From a virus (Duplodnaviria > Caudoviricetes): a stretch of DNA of 63,568 nt. The position numbers were made by a program, and so were the translations under genes. Under the pieces are notes generated by a model. It had not been told where the DNA came from. It was given only the letters and a program-made list of their open reading frames with translations, and did not search any database. Shown piece by piece: positions 35,997 to 43,947 of this stretch (the stretch's first letter is position 1; each line of letters opens with the position of its first letter). The stretch spans positions 1-63,568 of the IMG/VR virus record IMGVR_UViG_3300034064_001787, one strand, 5' to 3'.

Positions 35997-36052
35997 AACG
36001 TGTGTTATATGGTCAAAAAGAGGGACTTTACAAGCCCCATCCCTGTGACCGA

Positions 36053-36101
36053 TGGTGGAGATAAGGGGATTCGAACCCCTGACCTTCTCATTGCGAATGA
36101 G
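36053..36101 (-). mobile_element. attP core, the 3' half of tRNA-Ala(CGC)
   Basis: Minus strand CTCATTCGCAATGAGAAGGTCAGGGGTTCGAATCCCCTTATCTCCACCA (anticodon arm, T arm, CCA); 5' half absent. Confidence 0.88.
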
Positions 36102-36104
36102 CAG

Positions 36105-36120
36105 CGTTCCACATGGAACA
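36105..36120. promoter_or_regulatory. parS-like site
   Basis: CGTTCCACATGGAACA compared with consensus TGTT(T/C)CACGTG(A/G)AACA. Confidence 0.5.
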
Positions 36121-36138
36121 CCTCTTAGTGTCACGAAT

Positions 36139-36161
36139 TTGACCACTTTCGTTGACCACTT
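36139..36161 (+). repeat. Integrase arm-type direct repeats TTGACCACTT x2
   Basis: Matches 35964-35987. Confidence 0.7.
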
Positions 36162-36178
36162 CTTGCCCGTCTCGCACC

Positions 36179-36841
36179 ATGTCCTCGCACTCTCACAAAC
36201 ACCGTCAAAGCTCGCCTGCTGCTCATGCGGGCAACCCTGATACCGATTTCATCCACCGCACCGATGAGAAGAACAAGGAGTATCAAAGGGCCTACAAGGA
36301 ATGGATTTCCAAACAACCTCCCCAGGAGCGGGAAAAACTCGAAAAACTGGGTCTCAGCACCCCGGTGGAGAACCAGTATCGCGTCTCCGGCCACTCCCCC
36401 GATCAGGATCGCGATGCGGCTGAATCCACCCAGAGCCGCACCGAGTTTGATCCAGGCAGCATCGACGACTCACCCGCTTTAGCGGGCAGCAGCGTCATGT
36501 CCCCAGAGGTCATGCAGGTCATCACCCGCATCGTCGGCACGATCATCGCCCATGAGAATGTGAAGATCGCCACCGCCGCCCTCGCCTTCGCCTTGAACAT
36601 GGATGGCCTCAACGGCCTCGGCAGCATCCGTGAATACGCCGCCAACATCGGCGTCTCGCCAGAGGCCATCAGCAAGGCCAAGCGCAAATGGGAAAGCGAG
36701 CTGCAGCTTCCTCCGAACGCCTTCGCGAAAACCGACAAGGCCAAAGCAGCCCTCTCCCTCGCTCAGCGCACGAAGCACTGGAAAAAGGCCCACTGGAAAG
36801 CGCCCAAGAGGTCCACCCACATCACCGAAGCCCTCCCCTGA
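36179..36841 (+). CDS. Protein with C-terminal HTH; possible transcription regulator
   Basis: SIREYAANIGVSPEAISKA HTH pattern. Confidence 0.6.
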   Translation: MSSHSHKHRQSSPAAHAGNPDTDFIHRTDEKNKEYQRAYKEWISKQPPQEREKLEKLGLSTPVENQYRVSGHSPDQDRDAAESTQSRTEFDPGSIDDSPALAGSSVMSPEVMQVITRIVGTIIAHENVKIATAALAFALNMDGLNGLGSIREYAANIGVSPEAISKAKRKWESELQLPPNAFAKTDKAKAALSLAQRTKHWKKAHWKAPKRSTHITEALP

Positions 36842-36867
36842 TCCCTCACCCTTCACCACCTTGCCCC

Positions 36868-37749
36868 ATGCCCACCGATTCCACCAGCACCCTCACCCTC
36901 GCCTCACAGAGCCCACAGGCACGCCTGCTCTACCTCATCACCGCCATCGGCCCTGGCTGCGATCTCGACACGCTCGACGAGACCCTGCTCAACGAAGGCC
37001 TACAGGCCCACATCTGCCGCATCGTCAATCCCGTCACGGCGGGCGAACCCGTTCGCGTCCACCTCACCGCCCACGGCTTACAGCGCAGCCTAGAGCTGCA
37101 AAAAGGCGGCCACCTACTCATCGGCACCGAGATCACCCGCCACGGCCTCAGCATCACGCATGACCTCAGCATGGAGCAGTGGCGCAGCATGATCGAGCGC
37201 CTTCGCCTCGTGAAGGAGTGCTACCACACCGCCCTCAGCGATGCCATCCGCTACGGCCGCACCCGCTTTGGCAATGACATCGTCGATCAAACCATCGAGC
37301 AGCTCCAGTTCCCTTTTGCCGACATCACCCACGCCGAGAGCATTGGCGAGGTGCCACGCCTTCTGCGGGAGACCTACTCCCTCACGGCAGAGCACTACTA
37401 CATCCTCGGCCTGCTCTTCCCAGGCGATACCACCAGTCAGGAGATGTGGGCACAGCGCACCGTGGAGCACCACCTTTCCCCCATCGCCCTGCGCCGGTCC
37501 ATCGAGACCGGGCAGATCCTCACCGATGAGGCGCTGAAGCAACGCACCGGCAATGGCTCTGGCATCCACGTCCTGCAAGCCGTGAGCCTCCCCTTCACCC
37601 GCTGGACTCGCAGCATCGGCGGTCTTGACGGCGTGAAGAAACTCAAGCGCACCGACCAAATCGCCATCCTCGATGAGCTCACCCCCATTGTCGAATTCGC
37701 CCTTGAGCTGCGTCAGCAGGCCTTTCCAGAGGAGGAGTCCGAGGCATGA
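36868..37749 (+). CDS. Hypothetical protein
   Basis: 293-aa ORF. Confidence 0.7.
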   Translation: MPTDSTSTLTLASQSPQARLLYLITAIGPGCDLDTLDETLLNEGLQAHICRIVNPVTAGEPVRVHLTAHGLQRSLELQKGGHLLIGTEITRHGLSITHDLSMEQWRSMIERLRLVKECYHTALSDAIRYGRTRFGNDIVDQTIEQLQFPFADITHAESIGEVPRLLRETYSLTAEHYYILGLLFPGDTTSQEMWAQRTVEHHLSPIALRRSIETGQILTDEALKQRTGNGSGIHVLQAVSLPFTRWTRSIGGLDGVKKLKRTDQIAILDELTPIVEFALELRQQAFPEEESEA

Positions 37750-37973
37750 AAGTCACGCCCGTTCACTTCAGCGCAGCCGCCGTCGTTCGCTTGGGTGTCG
37801 ATGTCCAGGCCGGACAGATGCTCTTCTCCGATGGCACCAGCCAGCGCATTGAGTCACCCCGCCCATCCCACGCGGCACCCCCACCCGCACGCACTCCCGC
37901 CTGCCTCATCGCCGCCCTCTGCCGCCGGGGCCGCTTCATCCAAGCCCCACCACCCGGGGACACGGGGGCCTGA
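37746..37973 (+). CDS. Hypothetical protein
   Basis: ATGA-coupled ORF. Confidence 0.5.
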   Translation: MKVTPVHFSAAAVVRLGVDVQAGQMLFSDGTSQRIESPRPSHAAPPPARTPACLIAALCRRGRFIQAPPPGDTGA

Positions 37974-38015
37974 TCTTTCCACCGCCCTCCAAGCCGCTCA
38001 CCTCAAATCTGCCGC

Positions 38016-38351
38016 ATGACCGCCGACCAAATCAACGAACTCCGCGACGATTTCCGCCTCGACACCCTGCGCACCACCCTGGCGTGCAGCCCGGCCGACC
38101 AAATCAACGAACTCCGCGACAATTTCCGCGTCGCCTTACTCGACTGGGATATTCCCGTCTCCATCACCATTGAGGACGACTACGCCATCGTCCGCTTCAC
38201 GCTTTGGGGCACCAAAATCGAAGGCTGGTTCCACCGCTACAAAAACGAGTGGATCACAAATCCCGACTGCCCACACGCCATCACTGGCAGCACCTCCGTC
38301 TGGCAATGGATTGCCATGCACCTCCACGAACGTCTTCCCGCGCCCAAATGA
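38016..38351 (+). CDS. Hypothetical protein with duplicated N-terminus
   Basis: ADQINELRD occurs twice (27-bp direct repeat). Confidence 0.6.
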   Translation: MTADQINELRDDFRLDTLRTTLACSPADQINELRDNFRVALLDWDIPVSITIEDDYAIVRFTLWGTKIEGWFHRYKNEWITNPDCPHAITGSTSVWQWIAMHLHERLPAPK

Positions 38352-39832
38352 CCCCCACCATTCCCATCCGTGAACGCATCGACCGCGTGAAGCACGCCCT
38401 GCCACTCCTCCGCTACCTGGAGAGCACACTCAGCTTCAAGTTCCGCCCGGTCAAAAGCGGCCAGTGGCTCACCCTCTGCCCCTTTCACAGCGAGAAGACC
38501 CCCTCCTTCCACCTCTTCGAGCAGGATCACCACTACCACTGCTACGGCTGCGGCGCTCATGGCGACATCGTCGATTTCATCCAGGCCACCAAAGGCTGCA
38601 GCAAGCTCGAAGCCCTCCAAATGCTCGAGCAGGACGCCCCCGGCCTCCGCTACCTCAATGCCGCCCCACCGCCCAAACCCGAGCCCGAGGCCCCACTCCT
38701 CCCGCTCAAAGACAGCCGCCATCAGGCCTGGCTCAGCGCCTGCGAAAAACTCGCCTCCAACGACCCCGAACTGAAGCGTCTCGCCGACTGGCGCGGCTTC
38801 TCCCCAGACACCTTTCGCGGAGCCGCCCGCGCCGGTCTCATGGCCCTCTGGCGTTACTGGGACCAGCCCCGCGAAGCCTTCCTCGTCCTCGCCCCCCGTT
38901 CCTTCTTCACCGGCCTTCCCCCTGCATGCAGCCCCTCCACCTCTTCCTCATCGTCTTCATCCTCGGACTCAGCCACATCTTCGCTTACCTCCTTGGACGA
39001 CTCCGAGGACAGCGCCTCCGCCCATCTCCCCGTCTCCCCCTCTCCCTATCTCGAACTCCTCCCCCACGCCTTCCACTGCCGCCTCGCCCCAGACACCCCG
39101 GGAAATCCGCATAAAAAGCAGTCCTGGCGTTACGATCCCGCTGGCAGCAAGGCCTGGCCCTTCTTCTGGGGAAATCCCTTCGAGGCACGTTACCTCTTCA
39201 TCCTGGAAGGCCAGTGGGACGCCCTCGCCCTCGCCGATCTCTGCGGCTGGCACAGCCCCGAGAGCATGCCACCGAAGACCTGCATCATCGGCCTGCGCGG
39301 AGCCACGAGCTGGCGACTCCTCCTCCACAAAGAGCACGGCCTCCCCATCGACCCCGAGGCCACCGCTATCTGCATTGGCGATGCCGATGCCGCCGGAGCC
39401 AAATGGTATGAGCCGGACGGCTTCCTCGCCACCCTGCGGCCCCGCGTGAAGCAGCTCCTCACCTACCGCCCCACTGCCAGCGGCTGCAAAGACTTCAACG
39501 ACCTCACCAAAGGCGGCCACCTCACCGCCGCCGACTTCCTTGGTTGGGTCAAGGCCCGCCTCAAACGCCACCCCTGGCGGCAGCCCGGCCCGCCCCTCAC
39601 CTTCGGCGCGTGGTGCAAGTCCGCCGCCCTCCGGGAGGACGATCTCGGCCGCGCCGCTCGCCTCGTCGCCACCGATCCCACCCGTCCCAAAGGCCGGAAA
39701 AACCCCAAGCACTGGCGCTCCTACTGGCGCGCCCAAAAACACCTCACCGAAGCCGATCTCCTCCTCCTCTACACCCTCCTCGACACCTGGAAAACCCGCG
39801 CCGCCCCCGACACCGCCATTCTCGCTGAATAA
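38348..39832 (+). CDS. DNA primase (CHC2 zinc finger plus TOPRIM)
   Basis: CPFHSEKTPSF...HCYGCG; ILEGQWD; GDAD; KDFND. Confidence 0.88.
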   Translation: MTPTIPIRERIDRVKHALPLLRYLESTLSFKFRPVKSGQWLTLCPFHSEKTPSFHLFEQDHHYHCYGCGAHGDIVDFIQATKGCSKLEALQMLEQDAPGLRYLNAAPPPKPEPEAPLLPLKDSRHQAWLSACEKLASNDPELKRLADWRGFSPDTFRGAARAGLMALWRYWDQPREAFLVLAPRSFFTGLPPACSPSTSSSSSSSSDSATSSLTSLDDSEDSASAHLPVSPSPYLELLPHAFHCRLAPDTPGNPHKKQSWRYDPAGSKAWPFFWGNPFEARYLFILEGQWDALALADLCGWHSPESMPPKTCIIGLRGATSWRLLLHKEHGLPIDPEATAICIGDADAAGAKWYEPDGFLATLRPRVKQLLTYRPTASGCKDFNDLTKGGHLTAADFLGWVKARLKRHPWRQPGPPLTFGAWCKSAALREDDLGRAARLVATDPTRPKGRKNPKHWRSYWRAQKHLTEADLLLLYTLLDTWKTRAAPDTAILAE

Positions 39833-39870
39833 TCCGTCAATCCCGTCACCCCGGTCAATCCGGTCACCCC

Positions 39871-40065
39871 ATGAAATACCTTCCCCACATCCTCGCCTCC
39901 CTCTACCTCACTGGCTTCATCCCCACCTTCGGCCACGCCTACGCCCACCACGCGGATCCACCAAAGGCTCCCTTCGCTCCCCCTGGCTGGCGCGTCATCT
40001 CATCGACCATCTGCGCTGCCTTCTGGCCCTTTTACTGGAGTGTTCAGGCCCACACACCGGACTGA
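39871..40065 (+). CDS. Small membrane protein
   Basis: Hydrophobic, with WPFYW. Confidence 0.5.
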   Translation: MKYLPHILASLYLTGFIPTFGHAYAHHADPPKAPFAPPGWRVISSTICAAFWPFYWSVQAHTPD

Positions 40066-40134
40066 TTTTCAAAAAATTCAGCCCACCCGGAATCCCAATT
40101 CTAAAATTTCGATGACACCCCGCGCCTCCTTGCT

Positions 40135-40680
40135 GTGCCGCCTCCCCCTCTCCATGAAACCGCCCCTTCTCCCACGCGGGCTCGTCCCGGCACCCAGCGT
40201 TCCCGTGGCACCTCTGCCACCGCTCCCCCGGCACTCCTCATCGTCCACATGCCGGATGGCGAGCGCCGCCTCTCCGAGACCGCCCACGATCTCGGCCTCG
40301 CCCTCGCCAGCCTCGCCACCCCGCTCCTCTACCGGCGCGGTCGCCTCCCCGTCTATCCCGACTGGATCGAGCAGGACGGCGAGCGCCGCCGCGCTCTCAT
40401 TCCCCTCGAAGCCGCCGAAGCCCGCACCTTCTTTGACGAGTCCATTCTCTTCGTGCGGATGAAATACGATCAGCGCAGCGAGACCGAGCGCCAGGAGCAC
40501 GTCACCCTGTCCAAATCCGAAGCCGAAGGCCTCCTCGTCGCCAAGCAGCTCCTCCAGCACCTCCCCGAGATCACCGCCATCCATCCACGCCCCCTTCCCA
40601 TCCTCAACCCCGATGGCACCCTCCGCCTCCTCCCTCCCGGCTACGACCCCGATACCGGCATCTACACCTACGGGGAGTGA
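40135..40680 (+). CDS. N-terminal part of a primase-associated helicase/ATPase (split gene)
   Basis: Ends in P.L..DG.L....GYDP.TGIY, a motif I recall lying just upstream of 'EFPF' in this family. Confidence 0.6.
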   Translation: MPPPPLHETAPSPTRARPGTQRSRGTSATAPPALLIVHMPDGERRLSETAHDLGLALASLATPLLYRRGRLPVYPDWIEQDGERRRALIPLEAAEARTFFDESILFVRMKYDQRSETERQEHVTLSKSEAEGLLVAKQLLQHLPEITAIHPRPLPILNPDGTLRLLPPGYDPDTGIYTYGE

Positions 40681-40748
40681 GGAGCGCCGCAACGTCCCTG
40701 CTCTGGCACAGAGCGTGGGAGAGAAAACTAAACCGAAGGAAAAGGCCA

Positions 40749-41186
40749 ATGAATAAAAACCAACTCAATGATGCCACAGCGCCCCGTTCGGCTTTTCTTG
40801 TGGCGAAAATGTCCGATGGCAGCCGATGGAAATTGCCCGTGGCGAAGCTCTTGGAAAGTATAGCAGATAGCTGGCAGAAATACTGGGAAGATGAAGGAAA
40901 ACCAGGGACACGAGAGGAAGCTCTGGAGGAAGCATGGCTGGAACGCCTGCATCCGATTGTTGTGCCTTGGGTTGGAAAGCTCAGGCATGACCGTGAAAAG
41001 TTCGCTGATTGGGGATGGATCAGAGACGAGGCAGGCGAGTTGATCTTTAAAGTGCCGATTCCACTTTGTCTTTCCGAGGAAGATTTGCAGAAATACCGCC
41101 GCGAGAAAATCGACCCGACTCAAGCGCGGGTCGATGCGCTGCTAAATGCTCTCAATGGGCACAACGGAAAGGATGACCCACGATGA
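40749..41186 (+). CDS. Fused cassette protein (cassettes 1 and 2)
   Basis: In-frame fusion across a collapsed attC; C-terminal half identical to the 41499 protein. Confidence 0.7.
   Translation: MNKNQLNDATAPRSAFLVAKMSDGSRWKLPVAKLLESIADSWQKYWEDEGKPGTREEALEEAWLERLHPIVVPWVGKLRHDREKFADWGWIRDEAGELIFKVPIPLCLSEEDLQKYRREKIDPTQARVDALLNALNGHNGKDDPR
40944..41165 (+). repeat. 222-bp duplication, copy 1 (copy 2 at 41550-41771)
   Basis: Five substitutions, all synonymous. Confidence 0.95.
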
Positions 41187-41497
41187 CCGCGAATAACGGC
41201 TCCGCTTCACCCTCGACTCCAACGCGGTCAGCGTTGGGTCAATCCGCTGGTTCGGCATTGTGCGCCGGGTGCCAGTGGATAGCCGATAAACCCGGCCAAT
41301 GGTGCGATATGCTCCGTGACGCACCGGAGGAACTGCCATGCACACAACACGACCAATTCGCTCCGATCAGGGAAACAATGGTTAAAACCGGCATGGCAAA
41401 ACTCGTCATCGCTGCGGCGGTTATCGGTATGCCGAACACCAAGGATCAGGCGACCGATGGGGCGCATAACCAGAATCAACCAACGAAGTCCAAGTGA
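41183..41497 (+). CDS. Cys-rich cassette protein
   Basis: CAGC...C...C; ATG inside the attC; ATGA-coupled. Confidence 0.65.
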   Translation: MTANNGSASPSTPTRSALGQSAGSALCAGCQWIADKPGQWCDMLRDAPEELPCTQHDQFAPIRETMVKTGMAKLVIAAAVIGMPNTKDQATDGAHNQNQPTKSK

Positions 41498-41498
41498 T

Positions 41499-41783
41499 AT
41501 GAGCGAAGGAATCCAAACTGAAAAGTCCGGCAGCAGCGCCCCATCTGGTCGCCTGCATCCGATTGTTGTGCCTTGGGTTGGAAAGCTCAGGCATGACCGT
41601 GAAAAGTTCGCTGATTGGGGATGGATCAGAGACGAGGCAGGCGAGTTGATCTTCAAAGTGCCGATTCCACTTTGTCTTTCCGAGGAAGATTTGCAGAAAT
41701 ACCGCCGCGAGAAAATAGACCCGACTCAAGCCCGTGTCGATGCGCTGCTAAATGCTCTCAATGGTCACAACCGCCGATGGTGA
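41499..41783 (+). CDS. Cassette protein (duplicate of cassette 2)
   Basis: ATG in the attC loop; stop in the next attC. Confidence 0.7.
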   Translation: MSEGIQTEKSGSSAPSGRLHPIVVPWVGKLRHDREKFADWGWIRDEAGELIFKVPIPLCLSEEDLQKYRREKIDPTQARVDALLNALNGHNRRW

Positions 41784-41870
41784 TGGACGGCGCGAACCCG
41801 CTCCGCCTACTCACTGACTTCCTCGCCGTTCCATCCACCTACTTGTTCTCTGAATCAGCCCGAAATACCT

Positions 41871-42206
41871 ATGAACTTTGACATCAATACAAACGTCCGC
41901 CTCTTCGATCTTGTGCGCTTCATGCGCTCGAAACTCTACGAAGCGGAACTCATCACCGACCGCGAATACATATGGCTCTGTGCCGAAGCCCCAATGGCTA
42001 AAGGCCAAGGAAGCCCTTCACCACGCCGACTGGAAGACTACGACGAGATCCGTGCGAAGATGAAGCGCATGGAAAGCGCACTGAAAAGCATCGCCGCTCA
42101 CGATGGCCCCGGATTCCCGCATGGGACATGTGCCAAGATCGCCGCCGAAGGCTTGGATTCAGAGAACGCCGAGGCCATCCACGGCGAGAAAGGAGTATCG
42201 AAATGA
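41871..42206 (+). CDS. Cassette protein
   Basis: 111 aa; stop inside the next attC loop. Confidence 0.7.
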   Translation: MNFDINTNVRLFDLVRFMRSKLYEAELITDREYIWLCAEAPMAKGQGSPSPRRLEDYDEIRAKMKRMESALKSIAAHDGPGFPHGTCAKIAAEGLDSENAEAIHGEKGVSK

Positions 42207-42448
42207 AGAAAGACGATGAACGCCGTTGGATGCGCCGCCTTGTTCGCTGGGGCTGGTTTGCATGTTTTCTTGGTAACTACGAGTGGTATCGACGCCTCTA
42301 CGGAGGGCTTTGGGCGCATGTCCACGTAGAGGAACCTTGCTACTCCTGCATGTGGCTCAACTGCCCTGCGGGTGCTGATGAAAGCTACCGCGAATGGAAC
42401 TGGCGTGGCACTCCCGAGTTCCGCAATTACGATTCAGCGAACAGTTAA
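42203..42448 (+). CDS. Trp-rich cassette protein
   Basis: AGGAG plus ATG inside the attC loop; ATGA-coupled. Confidence 0.65.
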   Translation: MKKDDERRWMRRLVRWGWFACFLGNYEWYRRLYGGLWAHVHVEEPCYSCMWLNCPAGADESYREWNWRGTPEFRNYDSANS

Positions 42449-42534
42449 TATCCCGAACACAATTCGGTATATCACCAGCCAAACCAGAACACTCCCCCTC
42501 TCCCAGTCTCCTCTTCTCCAAGTCTCCCCACCCC

Positions 42535-43947
42535 ATGCCCCCCAGCGCCGCCTATCTCATCGCCCTCTACAAGGAGTTCCCCTTCCAGGAAGGCCGCCTC
42601 GATGACCTCCTACGCCGGCACCGTGTCCGCATCCAGGACGGACAGGTCGTTGAGGGAGACCTCAACACCATCCCCGCCGAGCAATGGCCGCGCTCCTTCC
42701 GCGTCCATCTCGCGTTCATGGTCACCCTGGCCGCCACCGCTCTGCTGCCGAAAGGATCCAACCGCCTCGGCTTCGCCTACAACGCCAACGCGCCCCGCTC
42801 CGGGAAGACGCTCCTCGTCCAGTCCGCCATCTGCCCCATCTACGGCTGGACGAGCGGACGCTCCTGGCCCGTGAGCGGGCAGGGGAAGAACCACAGCGAT
42901 GAAGCCGAACTGCGGAAATCTCTCGATGCCATCGCCCTCGAAGGCACTCCCTACATCTTCTTCGACAACATCCGCTGCCAGGTCGAATCCCAAGCCCTCG
43001 AAAGCTACATGACCACGCCCACCTGGAGCGGGCGCTTCATGGGCAGGAACGACAAAACCTTCACTGCCGCGGCCTGCGCCACCATCGCCCTCACTGGGAA
43101 CGGCCTCAAAGCCTCCACCGACAACATGGAGCGCTTTCTCTTCTGTGACCTCTTCGTCGAGGAAGTCGAGGCCACCTCGCGCCCCATCGAAAACGTCATC
43201 GAGCAGCCCTGGATCATGGAGAACCGGGAAGAAATCTTCACCGCCGTCATGGGCCTCATCACCCACTGGGATGCCATGGGTCGCCCACCACCGCCCGCCC
43301 GCGTCCGCCGTGGCTTCGAGACCTTTGGAAACATCATCGGCGGCATCATCTCCGCCGCCGGTTTCGGGGATCTCTTTGAGCGCCGTCCCGACAACGAATC
43401 CTCCGGCAACAGCGCCGACACCGACATGCGCCGCCTAGTCCACCTCATGGTCGAAGCCATCGGCCCCCACCTCACCGATCCACGCCCCCGCCACGAGTTC
43501 ACCTTCGATCACCTCGTGCAGATCTCCTTCCAAGACGGCCTCTTCACCTACTACCTCGAAGGCAAGGAGCAGTTCGATGCCCCCACCCAGACCACCAAGC
43601 TCCACCTCACCAATCAGAGCAATGCCCGCTTTGGTGCCGCCCTGCGCTCCTACGCCCCGGAAAAGAAAGGCCGCACCTGGGAGCTGCCCCACAACAGCCG
43701 CCTACGCCTGCAAAGCAACGGCAACGGCCGCAGCAAGCGCTACATCGCCACCCTGGAGCTCACCCCACGCGGGCGGCTGCATCAGCTCCTCCACTACCAC
43801 GAGATCGGCATCGCCACCTTTGACCAATGGTTGCTTGATCAAGGCTTCCCCGTGCTCTCCGGCACCACCGAGGAGGAGCAGCAGCTCCTCCTCCAGGGCT
43901 GGCCCGCCACCTTGCAGGAACTCAAGGCCAGCATGCCCACGAGTTAG
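42535..43947 (+). CDS. P-loop helicase/ATPase, C-terminal part of the split gene
   Basis: EFPF; Walker A APRSGKT; IFFDN; TGN; D..ERF. Confidence 0.8.
   Translation: MPPSAAYLIALYKEFPFQEGRLDDLLRRHRVRIQDGQVVEGDLNTIPAEQWPRSFRVHLAFMVTLAATALLPKGSNRLGFAYNANAPRSGKTLLVQSAICPIYGWTSGRSWPVSGQGKNHSDEAELRKSLDAIALEGTPYIFFDNIRCQVESQALESYMTTPTWSGRFMGRNDKTFTAAACATIALTGNGLKASTDNMERFLFCDLFVEEVEATSRPIENVIEQPWIMENREEIFTAVMGLITHWDAMGRPPPPARVRRGFETFGNIIGGIISAAGFGDLFERRPDNESSGNSADTDMRRLVHLMVEAIGPHLTDPRPRHEFTFDHLVQISFQDGLFTYYLEGKEQFDAPTQTTKLHLTNQSNARFGAALRSYAPEKKGRTWELPHNSRLRLQSNGNGRSKRYIATLELTPRGRLHQLLHYHEIGIATFDQWLLDQGFPVLSGTTEEEQQLLLQGWPATLQELKASMPTS

Larger units (their letters stand above)
40691..42442 (-). mobile_element. 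Array of six attC-bounded gene cassettes without integron integrase (CALIN-like)
   Basis: Sites at 40691-40788, 40942-40961 (collapsed), 41163-41252, 41435-41567, 41769-41847 and 42165-42244; AAC...GTT ends, extrahelical bases, complementary cassette termini. Confidence 0.85.

Noticed and set aside
35994-36016. TTGAC-N15-ATG before int as a late-gene signal
   Set aside because: The TTGACCA doubles as an inverted arm-type half site and the spacer is AT-rich, unlike the G-rich late spacers; probably coincidental
36053-36125. Complete tRNA-Ala gene
   Set aside because: Only the anticodon arm through CCA is present; there is no D arm or 5' acceptor strand, so it is called attP
40944-41771. Diversity-generating retroelement TR/VR pair
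   Set aside because: Differences are synonymous and not adenine-specific, and no reverse transcriptase is encoded
40681-42534. Self-splicing intron or intein interrupting the helicase
   Set aside because: No group I/II or intein motifs and no homing endonuclease or RT; the insert is explained by attC cassettes
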